A stretch of DNA of 64,000 nt from Lophium mytilinum. Taxonomy: Eukaryota. This document shows positions 47,089-58,109 of the stretch, piece by piece. Both the position numbers and the translations under genes were made by a program. The stretch is taken from the NCBI GenBank assembly GCA_010093605.1, contig MU004189.1, positions 317,834 to 381,833 on the forward strand. The letters run 5' to 3'. The notes below the pieces were generated by a model. It was not told where the DNA came from. It ran no database searches and saw only the letters and a list, made by a program, of their open reading frames with translations. The number at the start of each line of letters is the position of its first letter. The first letter of the stretch is position 1.

Positions 47089-49962
47089 ATGATGACCAGA
47101 CAGCATAGCCATGGTGGCCTTTTCACTCGTTTAGCTCTCACTTACGTTCTTTACTTCAGAACGGTCACTGCGGCTACCCCTGACACTACAACCTGTATTT
47201 CAGTTGCGGCTGCAAACGGTATTGCGAACGGTGGGTGTAGCCAGGACAATGTCGGGGTACTCCAAGATGCCATTGCCCAGTTTGACCCAACCATGGATTA
47301 TGGCGGCGTACCCGTCGTAACCTCTGTCAAACAAACAGGGAACATCTTCGCTGCAATTGAATACCTCTGCACTGATGATACGTCAAACACTCCATCAGAG
47401 CCTGGGTGGACCATTCGATCTCAGTAAGTCATGAGCTTCCACGTTGTCTTCTTGTGCCGGACTAATCATTTCTAGGCTAAGTAATATTGCTGCTTGCGAC
47501 AGCGTTTGCGGAACGTACTACGTCTCTGATTCATGCGCATTTGCGGTCCTGTTATGCGATCAGTCTAAAGGGGGTTGCGACGGTGCTACTCTTCTACCAA
47601 GCGGGACGCCAAGTGGACAGCCGACCGCAGCGGAACTCCTGTCTCTAATCAAGAGCCTTCAAGCCCAATATGCCGACCTTCAAACCGTTGTCCAGAACTG
47701 GGTCGATTCATTTTCAAGCACAAAGCTGATCAAACGCGACTCTGAAAGCCTGTATGAAATGGCAGTGTTTCGCTCTAACAACGTTAAATCCAACGTCCAG
47801 GATGCACAAGCCCCTATTGAAACAGCCTATGCAGAGAGCGTCATCACGGCCGACACCCACACTGATTTCGTAACATTAGAGACCAACGTGGACTCGGACA
47901 CTGCAGCATTGTTGGGAGCCAGTGCGACTGATGTTACCTTTGCTAAACAATATGTAAGGCTCCTTACGCCAAAAGACCTAGTGGATATTAACACGAGTCG
48001 CTAGGCTGCCGGGATTCTAGTCAATCTGAGCTTGCTTGGAATTCTTGCAGGTATACTGGCTAGCGGAGGTGGTGGCGGAGGAACTCCCCCCCCTACCACG
48101 GGTATTCCGACTCACACTGCTACTGCCACCACCACCGCCTCGTCCACCACATCGAGCTGCGTGGCAACTGGTTCGGCTACTCCCATTATCATTATCACGA
48201 AGGAAGGCACGACGGAAGATCAATTCAACGCCCTGGTAAAAAGCCTACCGTCAAACTCGGATAACATTCAACGAACCGATGCCGAGATTGACAACTGGAT
48301 CTATCTTGCGACTATCGACCAGTGTACAGCTGAGGGCCTCTGGTCGAATTCCATTGTTCTGGCTATGGCTATTGATGGCGAGATTATACAGTCGGACGCT
48401 GAGGCCACTGATCCAGTGAGCAGCGCTAAGCATAAGAAACGATCTTGGAATCCAGAGCGGGAAGCGAGACACGCGAGAAAAGCCGCGGCTAAATCATCTA
48501 GAGATGCCGATAATTCTACCGTCGAACGAGAGGCAGCTCAGGATAACTCAAGCATCGAGGCTCTCCAGAAGCGAACGGATCCCGACGATCAGACTCATTA
48601 TGTCGTGCAAGATTCCAGCCCCGGTCATCTAGCATGGATTTCGCAGCTATCGAGACAGACAGGCGTCACTGGCGCATCTTACAGTGACTTTGAACAGTTT
48701 CTCTACGATGATAGAAGCATGCGATCTGTCGACCCTGACGTTGCTGTCTACGTGATCGACACTGGCTTCCTAAATACCCACGATGTAAGTAAGAGGATCT
48801 GGTGTCCACTTGAAAATTGCTAATTTGTCTAGGATTTTGCATCGCGTGTTATCAAACAGCTTTCGGGAGATAATGCCGCTCAATCCGCGCCAGAGAACAA
48901 TCACGGAACTTGCATGGCCTCACTTGCTGTTGGTATGATATCAGAATCTTTCTATGTGCTCGCTCAGCCGCTGATTCACCGAACAGGAAGCTACTCAGGG
49001 GTGAAGAAGGATGCTAAACTTATCACGGTACAACTGAAAACGAATGACGCGAGGACTTCAAGAGTCTCCAATGCCATATTTACTTTCGTTGACATTTTGG
49101 TACATGCCAAGCAGAATAACTACAACGGCCGAGCCGTCGTCAGCATGTCCTTTGGTAAGACCACCTCGCCCGAAGCTGAACACAAGTTTCACACTTACAC
49201 TGCACAGGCGGCCCCAAGAGCCTACTATGGTACACGCCAAACGATCCGAAGAACACTGACGTCTTCTCGGTCTACCTGAACCAGTTCTGGAAGGCCGGTA
49301 TTGTCACTGTCTGTTCTGCAGGAAACTGGGGTGAGCACCCAGACGCCAACGTTCAGCGACTCGATTACCAGACGCCGCGCAGCAATGGTGGTTCTGGTAC
49401 CCCTCTCATCGTTGTGGGGAATTCGCAGCCTGATGGCACGCCAAACCCAAAGTCTCAGACATCCGACCCGGACGGAAAGGGCATTCTCTCGATCTACAAC
49501 CTGGGCACGAATGTTCAATGTGCATTCAAGTCTGCCCCGGACGCGTGGGGTAAAGACCCTGATGGCACCTCTCAAGCAACGGCTATTACGGCGGGTATGA
49601 TGGCGTACTTCCTGAGCAACGCCGACATACAGAAAGAGTGGGCTAATACGGGGATCGCTAACCTGCCAATGGCGGCTAAGAACTACCTGCTTGATCTTGG
49701 GAAGCTGCAGAAGGGACGCAAGTGGACGGATGGTATCCCAAGAGCCAGTACTGGGGACATGGTGCCGTGTCAAAATGGGATTGCTGGGCCAGTTCCGATT
49801 CCTACCTTCCAAGTACCTGGGGATGGGACGGGTTTGACTCTGCAAACGACGCCCGTGACGAATGGCGAGACGGTGGTATTCAGTCCTCTGGTAAGCCCCC
49901 AATCGTCACTTCGAGGTCCTTAAACTGACATAAATTCTTAGCCGACATGCTATGCGCTATAG
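47089..49962 (+). CDS. Secreted multidomain subtilisin-like (S8) protease, 7 exons
   Basis: Signal peptide; catalytic Asp (VYVIDTG), His (NHGTCMASLAVG), oxyanion Asn (VCSAGN) and Ser (DGTSQATAITAG). Six GT-AG introns splice in frame; the last mini-exon PTCYAL* is at 49942-49962. Confidence 0.88.
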
Positions 49963-50273
49963 TAGCCATCAGAGCCTTCTTCACTATTCGCATGTAGCTG
50001 GCCCTGAGTATAGATGCGATTTGCCTGTCTGCCTGTGTAGCATCGAGCCAGGAAATTGTAATTTATAGACCTTTAAACACATCATGTATTATACTAGATA
50101 CTAAGCATCATACGTTGCACATCTACTGACTATATGCCGTATCCCACTATATAATGGGATGTACCCTAAGGCCAATCGAATATATCCCTCTATGTCCGTG
50201 CATAGTGCATTTTGAGTTCACTCCCACCCAACGCCGTACTCTTCGGGTTAAATCAGCGAAACCCTTCCACAGC

Positions 50274-50400
50274 CCGAGGAACCCATCTCAATCATAATGC
50301 CGTCTACTTTAGCCATAAACAGCTGTCGTCGAATAAATACTCCACTTGACCGCCCGCCGCTGCGCCTGGAGCCCGGACCAAGGAAGCCGATTTACCGAGG
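50274..50400 (+). promoter_or_regulatory. Two CCGAGG (FarA/FarB-type) fatty-acid response motifs upstream of crc1
   Basis: CCGAGG at 50274-50279 and 50395-50400. CCTCGG/CCGAGG is the established FarA/FarB core upstream of fatty-acid utilisation genes in Aspergillus. Confidence 0.5.
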
Positions 50401-50652
50401 CTGGAGAACAAACCCGACGTCGGTGGCAGCTCACACTCCACATGTAAATTGATACCCGCACGCGACCTCACTTCAGGCCCGCCACTCTTTTTCGAACTCC
50501 TCTCGTTTCCATTACTCCGGCAATTTAACAACATCTTCCACAGCTTCTCGTGCGTCGAGCTCCAGCGACCTTAATACACCTCCCAGAGACCGCGCCGCAG
50601 CTTGAGCTCGGTCCCCGCAGCTCTCCTCTCCTCTCCTCCACCACCACACGTC

Positions 50653-51793
50653 ATGTCCAAGTCGCTGAAGCCCGACCACATCCCGTCAGCCGAGGAACTA
50701 AAGGAAGATGTCGTAGCCGCAACGTCGAGCACGGTGCAGAGCTTGCGCGCGCTCGCGGCGGGCGGCGTGGGTGGTATCTGCGCCGTCGTGGTGGGCCATC
50801 CGTTTGACCTGGTCAAGGTGCGGATGCAGACGGCGGAGAAGGGCGTGTACTCCGGTGCAATGGACGTGGTGCGGCGGACAATAGCAAAGGAAGGATTGAG
50901 AAGGGTAAGTGGTACAATTGGAGGGTAGAGAGGGAGGGAAACTGAAGCTGATTTCTGTGTGGTAGGGGCTCTATGCGGGTGTTTCTGCGCCGCTGGTGGG
51001 CGTGACGCCGATGTGTAGGTTCTCCCCTTCAATCCTCTACGGATTCATAAGACCTAGCTAACACAAAAACAGTCGCCGTGAGCTTCTGGGTACGCCACCG
51101 CCCCTCCCCCACCCGCCTCCCCTCTAAATTAACAAAAAACCCCAGGGCTACGACGTCGGCAAAAACCTCGTCAAGAGCGTGTCAACCGTCGAAAACAACC
51201 AATTCAGCGTCGCGCAAATCTCCGCCGCGGGCTTCTTCTCCGCCATCCCCATGACCGTCATCACAGCACCCTTCGAGCGCGTCAAAGTGCTGCTGCAGAT
51301 TCAGGGCCAGAAAGAGCTGAAGCCGGGCGAGAAGCCAAAGTACGCGGGCGGCGTCGACGTCGTGCGCCAACTGTACAAAGAGGGTGGTATCCGCAGCGTA
51401 TTTCGCGGTAGCGCCATGACGCTGGCCCGCGACGGGCCCGGCTCCGCTGCCTACTTCGCTGCGTACGAGGTCATCAAGCGCCGGCTCACGCCTAAGAATG
51501 CGGATGGCTCGCCGGGGAAGCTGAGTCTGACGGCGGTGTGTGTGGCGGGTGGAGCGGCGGGTGTGGCTATGTGGATACCGGTGTTTCCCGTGGACACGAT
51601 CAAGAGCCGGTTGCAGAGCGCCGAGGGGCGGCCGACGATAGGGGGTGTGGTGAGGGAGATATATGGGCGGGGTGGGCTGAAGGCTTTCTTCCCTGGAATG
51701 GGGCCCGCGATGGCGAGGGCGGTGCCGGCGAATGCGGCGACTTTCTTGGGCGTGGAGCTGGCGCAGAAGGCCATGTCGAGGGCGTTTGACTAG
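50653..51793 (+). CDS. crc1: Mitochondrial carnitine/acylcarnitine carrier (Crc1/AcuH), 4 exons including a 17-nt micro-exon at 51073-51089
   Basis: AGGVGGICAVVVGHPFDLVKVRMQ, GVTPM/FAVSFW/GY, APFERVKVLLQ, RDGPGSAAYF, FPVDTIKSRLQ and RAVPANAATF motifs. Confidence 0.94.
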
Positions 51794-52152
51794 AAGGGTG
51801 TGCGTGTATGATTATGATGCCGCTTCATGGGATTGTTTAGATTTTGCCAAGGCAGGTAATTCAAGCTTTGATGTAATCTTTCAGAAAGTTTGTGCTTTTA
51901 CGACTTGACGTTGGTGAATGTAGCTAGAGGGTGGGGTATACGTTGACGGTTATATCAAGGTTATATCTAGAGTATTACGCTGACATCAAGAAGTGTGAAC
52001 AGAAGCCACCCAGACGTGTGCAACTCAGCACAATCCTTTACAACATAGCCTCCAATCTAGGTCGGTCGCTTTTACCGCACCTCGATTCCACCCACTCTTC
52101 CAATGTCTTCGGCGCGAGACCCTAAATCAGACCTCGAAATCGAGCTAGATCT

Positions 52153-52536
52153 CGCGGTGTTGAGATGTATGAAGTGGAGCCAGTCCGAGCGATTTGAACT
52201 TGATTTTGGCATACTATTGCTCGACGCCCCAAATCAGCCCATAGAATTGGAGATAATCTTGGTGTGGTGAGATGTGTAAAATGGAGCCAGTCCGTGCGAT
52301 TTGATGTCGATTTTGGCATACTATTGCTTGATACCTTAAATCAGTTCATTTAAAGGGTAAGACTAGGTTGAAGCTCCGTTTCACTTCCTTTTACGATGCT
52401 ATTTGCGCGACACCTCAGATCGGACCGTGGACAGAGAGCTATTTTTGGTGCGGTGAGACGTATAAACGGGAGCTAGTCCGTGCGATTTAGAGTCGTTGTT
52501 GACATGCTATTGCTCAACGCCCTGGATCTGGCCATG
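52153..52536. repeat. 107-bp repeat family, array B (3 copies plus a truncated copy)
   Basis: Anchors GGAGCYAGTCCG at 52176, 52283 and 52469; same unit and orientation as array A. Confidence 0.88.
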
Positions 52537-52787
52537 AAAATGGGTAGTACTTAGTGCCTCCTCATCTTTGCTCACTGGCGAACATCCTTTTCCAAGGACC
52601 GGATTCAGAGTGTTACAGGACGCGCTACATGGAAAGAAGGCGTGATCAAGCCTCTCAATTCATAGTGTACGCCCCATGATAAGAGTGCAAGGAGAGAACG
52701 AAACACACAAAACCCACGCAACGGGCTACCTGTAAGCTGAGGATAGTCTCTTCGCTCGTATTAAAAGTCCGGTCGCATTTTGCCTCT

Positions 52788-54670
52788 TCATCCTCTCTTC
52801 GCATCCCTGAAAGCCACCTTCACAACCTTCGCCGGCTGCAGTACAATATCGCAATGCATCCCCGGCTCCTCCCCGCCCATCCTATTTTCTACAGTTCCAA
52901 AGCGCTGGAAAAGCCTCGTGACGGTGTACGCCATCTCGGTTAGCGCGAATTGTTGGCCGATGCAGATGCGGGGACCGCCGTTGAAAGGGATATAGCTATT
53001 GCAAGATTCAGTAAGACTTACTTAACGACCAGGGGATGCACTGGGCTAGTGGGGAAGAAGGGGAAGAAGGGGAAGAAGGGGAAGAAGGGGAAGAAAGAGG
53101 TCTTACGTCCAACTCTTCGGCGTCCATCCGTCCCATCGCTCTGGCACGAACTTATCGACGGGTGGGAACCCAGACTCTGGCGGCGGGTACAGGTCCTCGC
53201 GACGCTGCATCACAAGAGTGGAGTAGCCGACTATTATTAACATTAGTAAACATTCTAATAACATCTAAGGTATATGTTTTACCCGGAGTTCCGGCCAAGA
53301 CGCTGACGGGGGACATGCCGTCTTGGCCGCCGCCACGGGGGAGGGTAGTGTCGCGTAAAGCATCTCGCACGTTGAATGGTACGACGGGGTAGAGGCGTAG
53401 AGCTTCGTTCATGATGTGCTATGTCGGTTTATTATAAGTTCACTGTGGCCGGTTAAGGCTTTGGGGGGGAAGGGATGGCGAACCTGTAGATATTTCATCG
53501 ACTTGAGATCGTCGTAGGTTGGCCGCCTATCCAAGCCAACGACGTCCATGATCTCCTGCCTCAGTTTGGCAAGTACACGGGGATGCATTGATAGCTCGTA
53601 GGTTATCCAGGTAAGCGTGCAGGCCGTGGTATCTCGTCCAGCCAGGAGAACCGCAGCGATCTGATCCCTCAGAATTTGTCGGTCCCTAGTGTAACTCGCA
53701 ATAGCGTGCAAGAAGGTGTATCCCTCGTCGGATTTTGTCTTTTTCTCGAGCTCATCGTGAGACAGTCGAAGTGCGTCTTCGATGTAGGTGTTGATGAAAA
53801 CGTCCACTTTCTTGATAGATGTATAGAAGCCCATGCGTTTACGTGGGACGAGCCAATTCAGTGGTCTATTGATTGTTAGGTCCATGAAAGTTCCAAGATG
53901 GCCGTTGGATGATCACCCTATCCTAGCGATCATGCCCTGAATGTGCTGAGCCCTGCCGAAGGCATGCGCAAACTCCACTGCAGGATCATGAAGGCTGTCT
54001 ACGCTTCGTCCAAGGAGGAAGTCCGTAGCAGCATCGAGAGTGTATCTAGCATTAATATCAGCGCTGCACATATAGGGCCGAGGGGACCAGCATACCTGAA
54101 AAACAAATCTGCAAGATCAACCTCCTGTCCCTGCCCCCCCATCTTCTCCGCAAGTACATTGAAATGCTTCTCAAAAACGTCAATGTCGCTCAGCCGATCC
54201 TTGATGAACTGAGGACGGATCAACATGCGCGAGTCGTGCCACTTATCCCCATCAGTCGTGAAGATGCTGTCTCCTAAGAAATCATGCCACTCGCTATTAA
54301 ACCTTTCTCCTTTCCCAAAGTCTTTGAACTGAGTGGCCAGAATAGCCTTAATATTCTCAGGGTCGGCGGTGAACAGTACTCGTGTGTAGCTAGAGCCTGC
54401 CTCGATGGTCCATCTGCCCTTTCCGTAGGTCTTGAATGTACCTAAGAAAAACTCGTAGAACTTGTCGGCGAGCGAGGAGGTTACCGCTCGGTACACAAAG
54501 TCGACGCCAAAGGGAAGGTACGTTGTACGGATGGCAGCGCGCGTCCCGCCGATGCGCGAGAGCCGTCGAGTCTCCAAGGCATATGTGATCGTGTTGTAGA
54601 TAAAGCGGAAGACGAGTAGTCCAACAATGACTTTGGGAATCGTAAGGTGCGGGAGAATAACTTGAAGCAT
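52788..54670 (-). CDS. Cytochrome P450, CYP52 clan (alkane/fatty-acid hydroxylase-like), 6 exons
   Basis: [66 protein letters not shown] and heme motif [17 protein letters not shown]. Confidence 0.94.
53051..53095. repeat. (GGGGAAGAA)5 tandem repeat inside the last P450 intron
   Basis: Read directly from the sequence. Confidence 0.92.
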
Positions 54671-55702
54671 TTTGACGGCAGAAGAAAGAGTAACGAACAG
54701 AGATTCGCTCTATTGACCTCCTGCAATCAGGTGGTCGATTCGAGGTTTCCACTCGGGTTGAAGTATGGACAGACTGTAGGGAATTCGAACAAGCGCACCC
54801 CGCTCCAAGATAATCGCATTGAGAGCACTCGCAAATATATCATGTGCTTGGGTACGTCTGAGAACCCCGAGGCACGGCCTTCTTCCGTCGTAGTATCCTT
54901 TCTAGGAATGGTCTAGTAGAGTGACGCAACCATCGCAACTATCGCTATTTTGACATTAGTAACAGCCGTCGTCTCGGGCGTGTATCCTGGTCGGGCTTGA
55001 AGTTTCGAAAGGACCTGGCGAAAGTTGGGGAAAGTGGTATGCGTGGCAGACGATGCTCAGTTGGGGCTAACTAGCTGAATTGAAGGGGCGCATGCTCTTT
55101 GATGTGGTAATAGCCATCTAGAGTAGTTTATGTCGAAGTTTAGTGAGTCTCGTATCTTTCGAACTACTAGGTAGACTAATTTCTCCGGTGCGATGAGGCT
55201 GTAGTGGCACCATAATCGAGGTGTTGATGCTGCCACCAGCCACTTTCTCTTTATCCCCGAAATGCGGGGACGTACCAGGGACCTCGGAGGGGCGGGAGGA
55301 AACCAACTAGGAGGGTGCTCGGCATTGTCGACATCACCTGCCGCGTTCGAAAGGGTTTGAAGGAGGAAGAAAGAGCGCAAACGAGAGTGAGGTTTGGAAA
55401 GGCGAGGTCCTAACGCGCTCGGACAGTAATCATCTAGGAAAGAGACTAGCCACAAACAGAGATGTTTACGAGGCTGGGTAGTAGGATACCCATATTCGAC
55501 TGGGCGTGTGGATTTCCAATGCATCATACTCGAACCACATGATGGAGCCTTGTTCATATCATGGTTATACAGCTCCCTATAAGTCAAAGGAATTCCAGTC
55601 CTGATCATCCTTTAAGAGACCTCGCCCCGTTAGATTCCATTTCACACCCCAGTTTCGTCGTATTAGAAATAAAAAAGTATGCAAATCGCTTAGTTGAATG
55701 AT

Positions 55703-57627
55703 TCAGAATCCAACGCTAGGGGGGAGCGCGCACTGCGTCCCATTCATAAGACAGAAGGGCATCTGGATCGGCTCGGCCATGACACCCTTGGCAACGAGAC
55801 GCTCACGCATCATGCTCAATCTCGGACTCGCTTCGACCTGGCTTCGATTCTGCCCTTGGGCATCCTTGGGTCCACTCCAGAGGACTTCTGCAGCCGCGCA
55901 AGCACGAGGCCAGACGTTGCGGTCGAGATTGGTGGGATCTGTCTGCTCTGCCCACATGTGAACCTCGCCTCCGATGACTAGATGCGCATTCTCTTCGGGA
56001 ACACCGGAGAGAGGATCGTAGGAGTACATCAATCGCCAATTGTGAAGGGGTTGGCTAGGAATGGTTAGCTACATTGTCAACGGTTGAAGCGCAGAACTTA
56101 CCAATAGTCGTTATAAGGCCAGTACAACTTAGATGACGGCCCAATGACAAAGTCGAGCCACTGCCCGTGACCACAGTCGAGATACTACAGTCCAAGATCA
56201 GTCAGGTATATGTCTCGGCAAGTAATGAAGCCTTCTTACCCAGTAGTTGTAGTTACCAGCCAATGCTTTGTAGCCTTTGGCGACGGTATCGGCCACAGCT
56301 TGATCACTCTGCCATGTCTGAACGATCACATCTTTCCCCAGAGTAAGATTCCATTCCAGGAGCATCTCTTCCCAAACAATCGGGACAAGGCCCTGTGACC
56401 GGACTTGGTCGTGATTCCGATCCACGAACTTCTGCATTAGAGGCTGTAGGATGGCGCTGTCGTTAGACTTGACGGTATCATCTAAGGTATACGCATTCTT
56501 GTTGACCTCATCCCCGCCCGTGTGGAAGTATGCTGAGAATGGAGCAGCCCGTGGAAGGAGGTCGTCAAACAGAGCTTCTAAAAAGCTAGAGACGTCGGAA
56601 GAATTCAATTTGAGTGTCCCAGACGGTGGCTCTGCGGCGTACGTGCTCCAATCTGGTTGGATGTTGAATGCAGCAATAAGATCCGGATATGAGTGCCAGA
56701 TAGAAGATGTGTGGCCAGGCATATCAATCTCGATGATGAACTCAATACCATTCAGAGCGGCGTAGTACTGAAGCTCGCCTAAGTCTTCAGGACTGTAGGT
56801 TAAGGACGACTCGTACGCTCCTCGGGAAGCCAGGGTAGGAAGTGCAGGAATCTCCAAGGGCCATGACTGGCCATCGGTCGCGTGCATGTGGAACCGATTA
56901 AATTTATTGAAAGCCATAGCATCAAGCGTGCGCTTGATGTCCTTGACCGGAAAGAAGTTCCGTGAAACATCCAGGTTGAGACCACGGTGGGAGAACTTTG
57001 GAGCATCCGTGATTTCGACGGGGGCAAGATTGGTGTATACACAGTCGTCGGTGGTCTTGAAGAAGAGTTGGCTGAACGTCGTGAGACCGCGGACCAAGCC
57101 GATGGATGAGTTTGCAGTGATTGTGGCTTCGCCTTCCTTGGTGAGACTTAGGTTATACGACTCATCTACATCTCCGGCTAGAGCATTGACAAGGTTGTCG
57201 GGATCAGCTTCGTTTTGCTTCAACGTTAGTGCTGTGACGTAGCTCTTATCAGATTTGGAGGGCTCGAAATTCGAGTTGCTCGGGTAGAATTTCCATGGTA
57301 CGAAGTTCTTCTCGAAGATCGTAGCGTATGTCTTCTGAATGGCGTATTGAACAATTTCGTCGCCCGTGGGAGCTCCAGAAGTGGCGTTCTCGCGATAGCT
57401 GTGACTCTTCTGTAAGTGAGGATATGTTAGTGCTTTGCGACTGTGATAACATACTCTATCGGGTCACTTGGGTATCTGATTGAGCCTACATATTCAGCAC
57501 CGTTATAGGTGACTTGCACATCACCATTGATCCACAGGACTGTCTCTCCGGAGGTGTAAGTTGAAGGCTGCGGCCAAAGCGCGCCCGCGAACGATGCCAC
57601 CAGAGGGAGGAGATAGAGGAGTTTCAT
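55703..57627 (-). CDS. Secreted GH20 beta-N-acetylhexosaminidase, 4 exons
   Basis: Signal peptide plus LWPQP; DAPKFSHRGLNLDVSRNF, EIDMPGH, catalytic FHTGGDEV, YLDCGHGQW, GGEVHMWAEQTD and WPRACAAAEVLWSG motifs. Confidence 0.95.
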
Positions 57628-58109
57628 TATTCGTTTCTGGCCGGGGAAACTTCGCAGAACGGGGGGAGACATGAAAGAATTTTGCCAGGCGGCGAGAAAT
57701 TTTGTGAGTTGTTTGCCACGTGAAGGAATGTTGTTGTTAGGAGTTGGGAAGTGAGAAATGTGTACCACGTCACTCGGAGCGTCAGAGCTAGGCACGGGGA
57801 AGTAATTGGGAACCAAAGATCCAGTGCAGATGCTAAGTGAGTAAATACGAAGTGAATGGTGACCGCAGTAGCACAGAGTGAAGATTGTTGATGGTTGATA
57901 GCCGGCGTGCTAGATTGGGGAAGCGCATGGACCAACAAGGCGGACATCCACTTGATTGGTTAGTGTTATACCTGTCCATCTCCTCCAAAGTTGCCACGAA
58001 GGCTACAGGATTTCATTGCATTCTAAGCTCATTGTATATCGCATAAAGACCAAAGCATGAGTCTGGCTGATTGTTTGTAACAGTGATCTTGCTAGCAAGT
58101 GCCACTTGC

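Noticed and set aside
55057..55608. 183-aa minus-strand ORF between the GH20 gene and the P450
   Set aside because: Lies in the GH20 3' region and P450 promoter; no motifs or coding bias.
57700..57706. CACAAAA (Ndt80/Ron1-type motif) upstream of the GH20 gene
   Set aside because: A single 7-mer only about 75 bp from the ATG. It is biologically plausible but cannot be distinguished from chance without conservation data.
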